64,000 nt of DNA from Euglena gracilis. Lineage: Eukaryota. The stretch covers positions 39,827,816 through 39,891,815 of the forward strand of contig CP154954.1 in the NCBI GenBank assembly GCA_039621445.1. Reading direction: 5' to 3'. Below, piece after piece: positions 10,830 through 24,100 of this stretch. A model generated the notes under the pieces. It saw only the letters and a list, made by a program, of their open reading frames with translations. It was not told the origin of the DNA and searched no databases. The translations under genes were made by a program, and so were the position numbers. Position 1 is the stretch's first letter. Every line of letters starts with the position of its first letter.

Positions 10830-11800
10830 ATGGCATTCAACCCCCCTGGGTCAGCTCACCAAAATTGTCCACCCACTCCAAAAACCAGAGCAAATTTGAA
10901 CTTACCCCAAGCAGAAAAAATACTGCTGGATTACGAAAAATCTGGATCCATAAAGAGGGTGAGGGATTCAACCACCCAACACCTGATCCCCTGGTTTCTG
11001 ATTTCAAACCCAGAGGGGGGGCAGACAAAATGGAGATTAATAAACGATTGCAGGGAAATAACTCAAAAGTTCCAAGTGAAACCTTTCAAGCTGGATCACA
11101 TCCAGCACATTTTTCCAGTTTTAGAAAAAGGCCACTGGGCAGCAAAAAATAGACCTGAAGGATACTTACTTCCACATCCCAGTGAGCCAGGCCCTAAGGC
11201 CCTTTCTAAGGCATTAGGTGGGGGGGGGCAGACCTGGGAATTCCAGGCAGGCTGCTTTGGCCTGAATGTAATGCCCCAGATTTTTATGTCAGTAATGAAG
11301 ACATTCGAAAAACTGTGGAGGAAAAGGGTCATCCAGGTATTTATTTACGTGGACTACGTTTTAGTGGTGGCCCCTACACAAAACATCTTACAGAATCACC
11401 TGAACACAGTGGTCAGGGATTTAATCAAATCAGGGTTGAAAATCAATGTAAAAAAAAGTCCACCCTGCAGCCCACCCAAATCGCCAATCATCTTGGATTT
11501 CAACTAAACTTCCAAGATGGAAAATTACAGGTGCCCCCCCAAAAATAAAAACAGTAAAAAAGGAGCTGGGAAAATGGTGAAAAAAGATTAAATGTCAAAA
11601 AGGCAACTGGCTGCCATTTTGGGCCAAATCAGATGCAATCTAATTGCCCTTCCCTTTCTAAGGGCCTCTACGGATGCCCTGGCAATATTTTTGGTGGAAA
11701 ATTCCACAGCCCCCTGGGACTCAAAACACCCCATTTCCCAAAGAATAAAGGACCAATTAAGAGAAATAAAAATTCTGGACACCTGGGCGGGCAGACCCTT
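10830..11800 (+). pseudogene. DIRS reverse transcriptase
   Basis: PWFLI..KWRLINDCREI..FKLD..KIDLKDTYFHIP..WEFQAGCFGLNVMPQIF..FIYVDY (YxDD mutated)..GLKINVKKS. Confidence 0.9.
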
Positions 11801-11809
11801 CCCCCAAAA

Positions 11810-12170
11810 CGCAACCAGGGAGTTGCACTCACACAGCAGTACCCATGCCTGGGGGGGGGGGGGCTGGACATTCGAACAGGCGAAATTGTGCAAGAATTTT
11901 GGAGGGAAAACTCCCTTTTGCACATAAATGTCAAAGAATGAAGTGCAGCAATAAGCACAGTTCAAAGCCTCAGCCAGCCAGGGGAAACTGTGTCCCTATC
12001 CGTGGACAATCAAGTAATTTACTATTACTTGACAAAAGGGGGGGCAGAAAGGACCCTTTCAATTCCATGCTAAGACCCTTCTTCAAATGGTGCATGGAAC
12101 ACAAAATAAACCTGCAAGTGAAGTGGGTCCCCTCAAAAGACTGCCTGGCAGACCCCATAAGCAGGTGGGA
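11810..12170 (+). pseudogene. DIRS RNase H
   Basis: LHSHSSTHAWGG (first Asp lost)..HINVKE..SVDNQV..KWVPSKDCLADPISR. Confidence 0.85.
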
Positions 12171-12174
12171 AATG

Positions 12175-12630
12175 GACAGGGGGGATTACTCACTGGACCC
12201 CCAACTTTTTCAATGGCTGAGGCAGCAGTTCAAAAATTACATCAGCCTGAAAACAGACCTTTTTGCCTCACCAGGCAACAAGAAAATGCCACAATTTGTG
12301 GCCAGGTGGCCCCACTGGGAAGCCACAGCAGTGTGCATGCACTGCAATGTCCACTGGACAACATGGGGGATCTTTATGCAAACCCCCCATGGTCTGTATT
12401 CCAAAATTTTCTCCCCAGATTAAAAATGTTTCCACGGGCCAAAGTTTTGATGGTCACCCCCTTTTGGGATTCAGCCACATGGTGGCCCCAATTAACAAAA
12501 ATGAAAGTTCCAGGGACCCCCTGCCTGAAAATCACCCCCTACATGGGTATGTTCACCAATTGCAGGGGGAAAAAAATGCCACCCCCAGGTGGCCCCTGCT
12601 TTGCATGATTTGCTCAGGCAAATTCTGGAG
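12175..12630 (+). pseudogene. DIRS Dam-like N6-adenine methyltransferase domain
   Basis: DYSLD..TDLFASPGNKK..LYANPPW (12381-12392)..VLMVTPFWDSATWWP. The canonical post-RNase H position. The domain is frame-intact in copies 2 and 3. Confidence 0.9.
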
Positions 12631-13490
12631 GGGAAACAAGCACAAAATTCGACCATTAACGATTTCCTGGGCAGAAACCCCAGTTTAAAGCGTTATCAAA
12701 GCGCTTTTACGCTTTTATGGGTAATTTTGGACAAGATGGGGGTATCCCCCCTGATGCCACCACTGACCAAGTGGTTGACACTTTAATTCAACTGTTTCAA
12801 TTTTCAAAGGCCCAAGCACGCAATGCATACAGTGCTATGCTATTGATTCCTGGCTTTGGAGGCCTCAGGTTCCATGCCATGTTGGCACCTTATAAAAGGC
12901 TTTGAAACCAAAACCCGGAGAGATATGGGGCATTCTGGGATCCCCTCCCAATCCTCCTGGGGCTGGCACAGTCCCCCCTGCCCTCTGATATATGTACATT
13001 GCGTACAAAACTCATTTTCTGTTCACGAATCCTCTGTTTATACAGAAGTTCAGATTTGGCACAGGTCCAAAGAACCACCAGTGTGTTGGGGGGGGGCACC
13101 CTACATCAAAATTAAACGTAAAGGGCAAAATCTCCATAAGTGGGAGAGAGTTGTCTCCATTCCCCAGTGCCCCCCGTTCAGTCCCTTCCATTTAATGACG
13201 TCTTATGTGGCAGCAACACGTTTCTTTATGAAACCTGGGGGCCCCCTGTTGATTTCGTTAAAACCCCCCTACAAAGCCATTAAGGCAGATACCATTGCTT
13301 CTATCACCAAAGACTTTTTGACCAAACAGGGGGTACCCCCCAGGTTTGGGGACCCCACTCCACCAGAGGGGCAGGGGTGGGTCTGCTAAAAAAAATTGGG
13401 TCTTTCTGCCCAAGAAGTTTGTGAAATTGGTCAATGGAAGGGGGTGGAGGCTTTCACAGCCCATTATCAAAGACTTGGTGCCCAAGGTTC
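12589..13490 (+). pseudogene. DIRS tyrosine recombinase
   Basis: LYRSSDL (R), IKRKG (K), HSTRGAG (HxxR), GQW (W), AFTAHY (Y); interrupted by stops and frameshifts. Confidence 0.9.
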
Positions 13491-13532
13491 TTTGGAGAAT
13501 GCCCTGGCCCCCCTTTTTTCGGTGCACAATCT

Positions 13533-13635
13533 GGCCTCACAAGGGCAAAGTGCGGAGCCCGAGGTGTCTCGTACTCCCTCGAGGCGGACCGAGAAGGGAG
13601 GAAGGGACACCGAGGGCGAACCACAAAGACATTGT
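13533..13635 (+). other. DIRS internal complementary region (ICR), circle-junction template
   Basis: Junction CCCGAGGTGTC|TCGTACTCCCTCGAGG at 13568/13569 joins complements of the left and right termini. Confidence 0.85.
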
Positions 13636-13774
13636 GAGCCCAACCCCCCACCCGTTGAAGAAAATTTGTCTTCAAACGCCCTCGGTCAGAGGATGGGGGC
13701 CAGGGGGGGGGCTAAGGGGGGGGGAACCCCCCAGGGAAAAAGACAGCGCCATGGTCGCCACGTCGGAGACAATG

Positions 13775-13937
13775 CAGCCAACTCCGGCGAGGCGGCACTA
13801 AGCGGAACCTCCTCACCCATGCGCAGCGAACAATCACACAACAAACCGCCGGCGAGCAAGGCATGGCCTGACAATGTCTTTGTGCTTCGCCCTCGGTGTC
13901 CCTTCCTCCCTTTTCGGCTTTCCTCGAGGGAGTATGA
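13775..13937 (+). repeat. DIRS right inverted terminal repeat plus extension
   Basis: 13775-13869 is inverted relative to the left LTR. 13871-13937 is inverted relative to ICR 13569-13635. Confidence 0.85.
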
Positions 13938-16351
13938 AATTACAGGTGCCCCCCAAAAAATAAAAACAGTAAAAAAGGAGCTGGGAAAATGGTGAAAAAA
14001 GATTAAATGTCAAAAAGGCAACTGGCTGCAATTTTGGGCCAAATCAGATGCAATCTAATTGCCCTGCCCTTTCTAAGGGCCTCTGCGGATGCCCTGGCAA
14101 TATTTTTGGTGGAAAATTCCACAGCCCCCTGGGACTCAAAACACCCCATTTCCCAAAGAATAAAGGACCAATTAAGAGAAATAAAAATTCTGCTGGACAC
14201 CTGGGCGGGCAGACCCTTCCCCCAAAATGCAACCAGGGAGTTGCACTCACATAGCAGTACCCATGCCTGGGGGGGGGGGGGCTGGACATTCGAACAGGCG
14301 AAATTGTGCAAGAATTTTGGAGGGAAAACTCCATTTTGCACATAAATGTCAAAGAATGAAGTGCAGCAATAAGCACAGTTCAAAGCCTCAGCCAGCCAGG
14401 GGAAACTGTGTCCCTATCCGTGGACAATCAAGTAATTTACTATTACTTGACAAAAGGGGGGGCAGAAAGGACCCTTTCAATTCCATGCTAAGACCCTTCT
14501 TCAAATGGTGCGTGGAACACAAAATAAACCTGCAAGTGAAGTGGGTCCCCTCAAAAGACTGCCTGGCAGACCCCATAAGCAGGTGGGAAATGGACAGGGG
14601 GGATTACTCACTGGACCCCCAACTTTTTCAATGGCTGAGGCAGCAGTTCAAAAATTACATCAGCCTGAAAACAGACCTTTTTGCCTCACCAGGCAACAAG
14701 AAAATGCCACAATTTGTGGCCAGGTGGCCCCACTGGGAAGCCACAGCAGTGGATGCACTGCAATGTCCACTGGACAACATGGGGGATCTTTATGCAAACC
14801 CCCCATGGTCTGTATTCCAAAATTTTCTCCCCAGATTAAAAATGTTTCCACGGGCCAAAGTTTTGATGGTCACCCCCTTTTGGGATTCAGCCACATGGTG
14901 GCCCCAATTAATAAAAATGAAAGTTCCAGGGACCCCCTGCCTGAAAATCACCCCCTACATGGGTATGTTCACCAATTGCAGGGGGAAAAAAATGCCACCC
15001 CCAGGTGGCCCCTGCTTTGCATGATTTGCTCAGGCAAATTCTGGAGGGGAAACAAGTACAAAATTCGACCATTAACGATTTCCTGGGCAGAAACCCCAGT
15101 TTAAAGCGTTATCAAAGCGCTTTTACGCTTTTATGGGAAATTTTGGACAAGATGGGGGTATCCCCCCTGATGCCACCACTGACCAAGTGGTTGACGCTTT
15201 AATTCAACTGTTTCAATTTTCAAAGGCCCAAGCACGCAATGCATACAGTGCTATGCTATTGATTCCTGGCTTTGGAGGCCTCAGGTTCCATGCCATGTTG
15301 GCACCTTATAAAAGGCTTTGAAACCAAAACCCGGAGAGATATGGGGCATTCTGGGATCCCCTCCCAATCCTCCTGGGGCTGGCACAGTCCCCCCTGCCCT
15401 CTGATATATGTACATTTGCGTACAAAACTCATTTTCTGTTCACGAATCCTCTGTTTATACAGAAGTTCAGATTTGGCACAGGTCCAAAGAACCACCAGTG
15501 TGTTGGGGGGGGCACCCTACATCAAAATTAAACGTAAAGGGCAAACTCTCCATAAGTGGGAGAGAGTTGTCTCCATTCCCCAGTGCCCCCCGTTCAGTCC
15601 CTTCCATTTAATGACGTCTTATGTGGCAGCAACACGTTTCTTTATGAAACCTGGGGGCCCCATGTTGATTTCGTTAAAACCCCCCTACAAAGCCATTAAG
15701 GCAGATACCATTGCTTCTATCACCAAAGACTTTTTGACCAAACAGGGGGTACCCCCCAGGTTTGGGGACCCCACTCCACCAGAGGGGCAGGGGTGGGTCT
15801 GCTAAAAAAAATTGGGTCTTTCTGCCCAAGAAGTTTGTGAAATTGGTCAATGGAAGGGGGTGGAGGCTTTCACAGCCCATTATCAAAGACTTGGTGCCCA
15901 AGGTTCTTTGGAGAATGCCCTGGCCCCCCTTTTTCGGTGCACAATCTGGCCTCACAAGGGCAAAGTGCGGAGCCCGAGGTGTCTCGTACTCCCTCGAGGC
16001 GGACCGAGAAGGGAGGAAGGGACACCGAGGGCGAACCACAAAGACATTGTGAGCCCAACCCCCCACCCGTTTAAGAAAATTTGTCTTCAAACGCCCTCGG
16101 TCAGAGGATGGGGGCCAGGGGGGGGCTAAGGGGGGGGGAACCCCCCAGGGAAAAAGACAGCGCCATGGTCGCCACGTCGGAGACAATGCAGCCAACTCCG
16201 GCGAGGCGGCACTAAGCGGGACCTCCTCACCCATGCGCAGCGAACAATCACACAACAAACCGCCGGCGAGCAAGGCATGGCCTGACAATGTCTTTGTGCT
16301 TCGCCCTCGGTGTCCCTTCCTCCCTTTTCGGCTTTCCTCGAGGGAGTATGA
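13938..16351 (+). mobile_element. Tandem copy 2 of the DIRS 3' half (RT thumb-RH-MT-YR-ICR-right LTR)
   Basis: Near-identical to 11523-13937; offset 2415 bp. Confidence 0.93.
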
Positions 16352-18767
16352 AATTACAGGTGCCCCCCAAAAAATAAAAACAGTAAAAAAGGAGCTGGGA
16401 AAATGGTGAAAAAAGATTAAATGTCAAAAAGGCAACTGGCTGCAATTTTGGGCCAAATCAGATGCAATCTAATTGCCCTGCCCTTTCTAAGGGCCTCTGC
16501 GGATGCCCTGGCAATATTTTTGGTGGAAAATTCCACAGCCCCCTGGGACTCAAAACACCCCATTTCCCAAAGAATAAAGGACCAATTAAGAGAAATAAAA
16601 ATTCTGCTGGACACCTGGGCGGGCAGACCCTTCCCCCAAAATGCAACCAGGGAGTTGCACTCACATAGCAGTACCCATGCCTGGGGGGGGGGGGGGGCTG
16701 GACATTCGAACAGGCGAAATTGTGCAAGAATTTTGGAGGGAAAACTCCATTTTGCACATAAATGTCAAAGAATGAAGTGCAGCAATAAGCACAGTTCAAA
16801 GCCTCAGCCAGCCAGGGGAAACTGTGTCCCTATCCGTGGACAATCAAGTAATTTACTATTACTTGACAAAAGGGGGGGCAGAAAGGACCCTTTCAAATCC
16901 ATGCTAAGACCCTTCTTCAAATGGTGCATGGAACACAAAATAAACCTGCAAGTGAAGTGGGTCCCCTCAAAAGACTGCCTGGCAGACCCCATAAGCAGGT
17001 GGGAAATGGACAGGGGGGATTACTCACTGGACCCCCAACTTTTTCAATGGCTGAGGCAGCAGTTCAAAAATTACATCAGCCCGAAAACAGACCTTTTTGC
17101 CTCACCAGGCAACAAGAAAATGCCACAATTTGTGGCCAGGTGGCCCCACTGGGAAGCAACAGCAGTGGATGCACTGCAATGTCCACTGGACAACATGGGG
17201 GATCTTTATGCAAACCCCCCATGGTCTGTATTCCAAAATTTTCTCCCCAGATTAAAAATGTTTCCACGGGCCAAAGTTTTGATGGTCACCCCCTTTTGGG
17301 ATTCAGCCACATGGTGGCCCCAATTAATAAAAATGAAAGTTCCAGGGACCCCCTGCCTGAAAATCACCCCCTACATGGGTATGTTCACCAATTGCAGGGG
17401 GGAAAAAATGCCACCCCCAGGTGGCCCCTGCTTTGCACGATTTGCTCAGGCAAATTCTGGAGGGGAAACAAGTACAAAATTCGACCATTAACGATTTCCT
17501 GGGCAGAAACCCCAGTTTAAAGCGTTATCAAAGCGCTTTTACGCTTTTATGGGAAATTTTGGACAAGATGGGGGTATCCCCCCTGATGCCACCACTGACC
17601 AAGTGGTTGACGCTTTAATTCAACTGTTTCAATTTTCAAAGGCCCAAGCACGCAATGCATACAGTGCTATGCTATTGATTCCTGGCTTTGGAGGCCTGAG
17701 GTTCCATGCCATGTTGGCACCTTATAAAATGCTTTGAAACCAAAACCCGGAGAGATATGGGGCATTCTGGGATCCCCTCCCAATCCTCCTGGGGCTGGCA
17801 CAGTCCCCCCTGCCCTCTGATATATGTACATTGCGTACAAAACTCATTTTCTGTTCACGAATCCTCTGTTTATACAGAAGTTCAGATTTGGCACAGGTCC
17901 AAAGAACCACCAGTGTGTTGGGGGGGGCACCCTACATCAAAATTAAACGTAAAGGGCAAACTCTCCATAAGTGGGAGAGAGTTGTCTCCATTCCCCAGTG
18001 CCCCCCGTTCAGTCCCTTCCATTTAATGACGTCTTATGTGACAGCAAAACGTTTCTTTATGAAACCTGGGGGCCCCCTGTTGATTTCGTTAAAACCCCCC
18101 TACAAAGCCATTAAGGCAGACACCATTGCTTCTATCACCAAAGACTTTTTGACCAAACAGGGGGTACCCCCCAGGATTGGGGGCCCCACTCCACCAGAGG
18201 GGCAGGGGTGGGTCTGCTGAAAAAAATTGGGTCTTTCTGCCCAAGAAGTTTGTGAAATTGGTCAATGGAAGGGGGTGGAGGCTTTCACAGCCCATTATCA
18301 AAGACTTGGTGCCCAAGGTTCTTTGGAGAATGCCCTGGCCCCCCTTTTTTCGGTGCACAATCTGGCCTCACAAGGGCAAAGTGCGGAGCCCGAGGTGTCT
18401 TGTACTCCCTCGAGGCAGACCGAGAAGGGAGGAAGGGACACCGAGGGCGAACCACAAAGACATTGTGAGCCCGACCCCCCACCCGTTTAAGAAGATTTGT
18501 CTTCAAACGCCCTCGGTCAGAGGATGGGGGCCAGGGGGGGGCTAAGGGGGGGGGAACCCCCCAGGGAAAAAGACAGCGCCATGGTCGCCACGTCGGAGAC
18601 AATGCAGCCAACTCCGGCGAGGCGGCACTAAGCGGGACCTCCTCACCCATGCGCAGCGAACAACCACACAACAAACCGCCGGCGAGCAAGGCATGGCCTG
18701 ACAATGTCTTTGTGCATCGCCCCCGGTGTCCCTTCCTCCCTTTTCGGCTTTCCTCGAGAGAGTATGA
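16352..18767 (+). mobile_element. Tandem copy 3 of the DIRS 3' half
   Basis: Near-identical to copy 2; offset 2414 bp. Confidence 0.93.
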
Positions 18768-18786
18768 AATGTGTCAGCCACTTGAC

Positions 18787-20510
18787 GATAAATCTGGCCC
18801 CACCAGGCCACATGGCCGTCACTGGGGGGGGGGGGGGTGGGCTGTGAAATTCCTGGGGTGTGGGGCTGGGTGGGAAGAACGGCCACGGTTTGCCACGTGC
18901 TGACCGCATCTCCAAGGTCTCCAGCTGCTGCGGCCACTCCTCCAGGACGCCCGTGGCCACATAATTCAAATTTCTTCTCCACTGTATTGCTCATCGAAGT
19001 CGATATTGAAATTTGACAATTGACTTGTCAATTGATTTTCGTCTGGAGCGTGTTCTTCTGGATATTGAATTGATATTGACTTCTTGTCTCCGTTCTTCTT
19101 CGTTCGTGAACTCTGTTCCTTTCTTCTGGGTGTCGAAGGGCAAGTTAGGAATCAGCCAACTCCGGCGAAAGAAGGCTCTGAGGGGGACCTCCTAACCCAG
19201 CGCAGCGAACAATCACACAAACAAAAGGCATAAAGTCACAATGGCGGAGGAGGGAGGAAAAAATGAGGACAAGCAAAGTGCGGTAATGCTGTACTCAATT
19301 TTTTTGCCCCTGCCTTTCATTGGGTTTATGTTTGCTGATCCTGGTTTGGGCTGAAGATGACGCTGTGTATTCCTACAACAATCACCCCCCCGGCGGGTAG
19401 CCCATAAATGGCAAAGGCGGAGCCCGAGGGTGTACAATTCTCAATTATCCCAGGACCAAGCCCTGCCTACAGTGCTAGGCTTTTTGATTCCTGGGGTTGG
19501 GGCTGAAATTCCACACCCTATGGACCCCTTAAAAGAGGCTTTGGAGCCAAAAACCTGAGACGTATGGTGCATTTTAGGACCCCCTCCCAATCCTCCTGCT
19601 GGCAAAGGCCGTATGCCCACATGATAGTTGTACTCTGGGGTACACATGATTTTTGCTCAAGAATCCTCTGATTCCGATCCTCGGACTCATCGCAGTCCAA
19701 CGAACCACCAGTGTGTCGGTAGGGCCCATAATCAGATTAATAAGAAAGAAGTTCCATAAATGGGAAAGGGTTGCGTCCATTCCCCAGTGTCCCCAAATAA
19801 GCCCATTTCATTTGATGATGTGCTATGAGGCTGCTTCACGTTTATATGTCAGACTTGGGGTTCCCTCCTAATTTCATTAAAACCTCCTTCAGGGCCGTAA
19901 GTGCAGACACCGTTGCTTTCATCAAAAAATATTTTTTTCATCAAAAAACTTTTTTTGCGAAACAAGGTGTACCCCCAAGGTATGGGGGGCCCACCCCGCC
20001 AGAGGGGCTGGGGTTGGGTTACTCAAAAAATGGGGCCTTTCTGCCCAAGAAGTTTGTGAAATTGGCCGGTGGAGGGGGGGGTGGAAACTTTTACAGCCCA
20101 TTATCAACGGCTTGGTGCCCAAGGACCCTGGAAAATGCCCTGGCCCCCCTAATTTCAGTACAAAATCTGGCCTCACGAGGGCAACGTGCCGAGCCCGAGG
20201 TGTCTCGTACTCCCTCCAGACAAAACGACACGGGAGGAAGGAGCACCGAGGGCGAAGCGCAAAGACCTTGTGAGCTTGGCCCCCCCACCCGTAGAAGAAA
20301 ATTTTCTCAAACCCCTCGTAGAAGAATTTGAACAAGCGCTCGTAGGGACACCGAGGGCGAAGCCCAAAGACCTTGTTAGGCCTGAGGGCGAAGCGAGGGA
20401 CCTGTTAGGCCCTTCGCCACTCGTGTCCCTTCGTTGTCCCTTCCCCCCTTGTCGGTTATCCTCGAGGGAGTACGACCCTCCCGCGAGGTGAACCGGGGGC
20501 CTTTTTGGGG
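18787..20510. mobile_element. Second copy of the rearranged DIRS module (inverted left end + YR/ICR/right-end remnant)
   Basis: Direct, more decayed repeat of 7432-9149, with the same breakpoint context and the same terminal CCCGCGAGGTGAACCGG(A/G)GGCCTTTTTGGG. Confidence 0.85.
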
Positions 20511-21164
20511 CTCCAGGCGGTAGACTGGTGTGGGGGGGGGGGGTCCTGGGTGGTCGGCCGACCGCCCAATTGGTCGGCCGACTCGGCCTGGTCGGCAGCG
20601 AGTCGCCGAGACAGGGGGGGGAGGGGTCCTGGGTGGTCGGCGGACATGTGGGCCTACGACCCACCCCAATGTAGTTACGGGAAAGTCTCACTGACTTTTT
20701 GTGAAGAAAGTTGTATGCAAACTAGTCGGTAGCTAGTCGGTGGTCATAAAAATGGTCTGTGGCGGGTCCAAATCACCCGGAAATGGTCCGGAGGGGTCCA
20801 AATAAGTGATTTACACCAACAGGAACACCCTCAGATGGGAAATTTAGGTCGGTAGGGTCCGCAGGAGTAAAAAACCAATGACGAAACAGGGATTATATAA
20901 AAATCCTTTAGAAATGCAAGCATTCTGCATAACGAGAGGCAGGGACAGCTCCGGCTCCGCACAAGACCCCGGTGAGGTCCTGCTCTTCTTTCCGGCTGTT
21001 GTTTTTTGGTGTGTGGTGTTGGTTGTGGTGCTTCTTACTGCTTTTCTTTGCCACATTAGGCGCATCATAATCGTTCCTTTGGCACGGAGCTGTAATCAAA
21101 TTACTCAAGCTGGTCATGCAATTCAAACAACTGCAAGACGAGACCGACAAAGAGGCCTTCGAAG

Positions 21165-24100
21165 CGGGTGGGTAACACAAGGGATTTTGTTGTTTTGGGG
21201 CCCGCGAACAGTTCGGGAGCAAAAGGGATTTGCCCCCCAAAACGGGTAGGCAACACAAGGAATTTTGTTGTTTTGGGGCCTTCGAACAGTTGGGCAACAA
21301 AACGGATTTGCCCCCCAAAACGAATGGGTAACACAAGGGATTTTGTTGTTTTGGGGCCCTCGAACAGTTCGGCAACCAAACGGATTTGCCCCCCAAAACG
21401 GGTGGGTAACACAAGGGACTTTGTTGATTTGGGGCCCTCGAACAGTTGAGCAACAAAACGGATTTGTCCCCCAAAACGGGTGGGTAACACAAGGGATTTT
21501 GTCATTTTGGGGCCCTCGAACAGTTCGGCAACCAAAGGGACTTGCCCCCCCCAAAACGGGTGGGTAACACAAGGGATTTTGTTATTTTGGGGCCCTCGAA
21601 CAGTTGGGCAACAAAAGGGATTTGCCCCCCAAAACGGGTGGGTAACACAAGGGATTTTGTTATTTTGGGGCCCTCGAACAGTTGGGCAACCAAAGGGATT
21701 TGCCCCCCCCCCCCCAAAACGGGTGGGTAACACAAGGGATTTTGTTGTTTTGGGGCCCTCAAACAGTTCGGCAACCAAAGGGATTTGCCCCCCCAAAACG
21801 GGTGGGTAACACAAGGGATTTTGTTGTTTTGGGGCCCTCGAACAGTTGGGCAACAAAAGGGTTTTGCCCCCCCCAAAACGGGTGGGTAACACAAGGGATT
21901 TTGTTATTTTGGGGCCCTCGAACAGTTGGGCAACAAAAGGGTTTTGCCCCCCCAAAACGGGTGGGTAACACAAGGGATTTTGTTATTTTGGGGCCCTTGA
22001 ACCGTTCGCCAACCAAAGGGGTTTGTCCCCCAAAACGGGTGGGTAACACAAGGGATTTTGTTGTTTTGGGGCCCTCGAACAGTTCGGCAACCAAAGGGAT
22101 TTGCCCCCCAAAACGGGTGGGTAACACAAGGGATTTTGTTGTTTTGGGGCCCTCGAACAGTTCGGCAACCAAAGGGATTGCCCCCCAAAACGGGTGGGTA
22201 ACACAAGGGATTTTGTTGTTTTGGGGCCCTCGAACAGTTCGGCAACCAAAGGGATTTGCCCCCCCAAAACGGGTGGGTAACACAAGGGATTTTGTTATTT
22301 TGGGGCCCTCGAACCGTTGGGCAACAAAAGGGTTTTGCCCCCCCCCAAAACGGGTGGGTAACACAAGGGATTTTGTTATTTTGGGGCCCTCGAACCGTTG
22401 GGCAACCAAAGGGTTTTGCCCCCCCAAAACGGGTGGGTAACACAAGGGATTTTGTTATTTTGGGGCCCTCGAACCGTTCGCCAACCAAAGGGATTTGCCC
22501 CCCAAAACGGGTGGGTAACACAAGGGATTTTGTTGTTTTGGGGCCCTCGAACAGTTCGGCAACCAAAGGGATTTGCCCCCCAAAACGGGTGGGTAACACA
22601 AGGGATTTTGTTGTTTTGGGGCCCTCGAACAGTTGGGCAGCAAAAGGGATTTGCCCCCCAAAACGGGTGGGTAACACAAGGGATTTTGTTGTTTTGGGGC
22701 CCTCGAACAGTTGGGCAACAAAAGGGATTTGCCCCCCAAAACGGGTGGGTAACACAAGGGATTTTGTTGTTTTGGGGCCCTCGAACAGTTGGGCAACAAA
22801 ACGGATTTGCCCCCCAAAACGGGTGGGTAACACAAGGGATTTTGTTATTTTGGGGCCCTTGAACCGTTCGCCAACCAAAGGGGTTTGTCCCCCAAAACGG
22901 GTGGGTAACACAAGGGATTTTGTTGATTTGGGGCCCTCGAACAGTTGGGCAACAAAAGGGATTTGCCCCCCCAAAACGGGTGGGTAACACAAGGGATTTT
23001 GTTGTTTTGGGGCCCTCGAACAGTTGGGCAGCAAAAGGGTTTTGCCCCCCCCAAAACGGGTGGGTAACACAAGGGATTTTGTTATTTTGGGGCCCTCGAA
23101 CCGTTGGGCAACAAAAGGGATTTGCCCCCCCCCCAAAACGGGTGGGTAACACAAGGGATTTTGTTATTTTGGGGCCCTCGAACAGTTGGGCAACAAAAGG
23201 GATTTGCCCCCCCAAAACGGGTGGGTAACACAAGGGATTTTGTTGTTTTGGGGCCCTCGAACAAATGGGCAACAAAACGGATTTGCCCCCCCAAAACGGG
23301 TGGGTAACACAAGGGATTTTGTCAGTTTGGGGCCCTCGAACCGTTCGCCAACCAAAGGGGTTTGTCCCTCAAAACGGGTGGGTAACACAAGGGATTTTGT
23401 TGTTTTGGGGCCCTCGAACACTTGGGCAGCAAAAGGGTTTTGCCCCCCCCCCAAAACGGGTGGGTAACACAAGGGATTTTGTTATTTTGGGGCCCTCGAA
23501 CCGTTGGGCAACAAAAGGGATTTGCCCCCCCCCAAAACGGGTGGGTAACACAAGGGATTTTGTTGTTTTGGGGCCCTCGAACAGTTGGGCAACCAAAGGG
23601 ATTTGCCCCCCCAAAACGGGTGGGTAACACAAGGGATTTTGTTATTTTGGGGCCCTCGAACCGTTGGGCAGCAAAAGGGATTTGCCCCCCAAAACGGGTG
23701 GGTAACACAAGGGATTTTGTTATTTTGGGGCCCTCGAACAGTTGGGCAACCAAAGGGATTTGCCCCCCAAAACGGGTGGGTAACACAAGGGATTTTGTTA
23801 TTTTGGGGCCCTCGAACCGTTCGCCAACCAAAGGGATTTGCCCCCCCAAAACGGGTGGGTAACACAAGGGATTTTGTTGTTTTGGGGCCCTCGAACAGTT
23901 GGGCAACCAAAGGGGTTTGCCCCCCCAAAACGGGTGGGTAACACAAGGGATTTTGTTGATTTGGGGCCCTCGAACAGTTCGGCAACCAAAGGGATTTGCC
24001 CCCCCAAAACGGGTGGGTAACACAAGGGATTTTGTTGTTTTGGGGCCCTCGAACAGTTGGGCAACCAAAGGGATTTGCCCCCCCCCAAAACGGGTGGGTA

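Larger units (their letters stand above)
9150..13937 (+). mobile_element. DIRS1-like tyrosine-recombinase retrotransposon, full-length layout but inactivated
   Basis: Left LTR 9150-9276 is inverted relative to right LTR 13775-13869. ICR 13533-13635 is complementary to the start of the left LTR and to the right-LTR extension. Contains ORF1, RT, RNase H, MT and YR, with stops and frameshifts. Confidence 0.93.

Noticed and set aside
13396-13995. 199-aa ORF as a separate gene
   Set aside because: It is the YR C-terminus reading through the ICR and right LTR, and it is broken in copies 2 and 3.
21190-21245. TTTTGGGG/CCCCAAAA as ciliate-type telomere repeats
   Set aside because: Single copies embedded in each satellite monomer, not tandem telomeric tracts.
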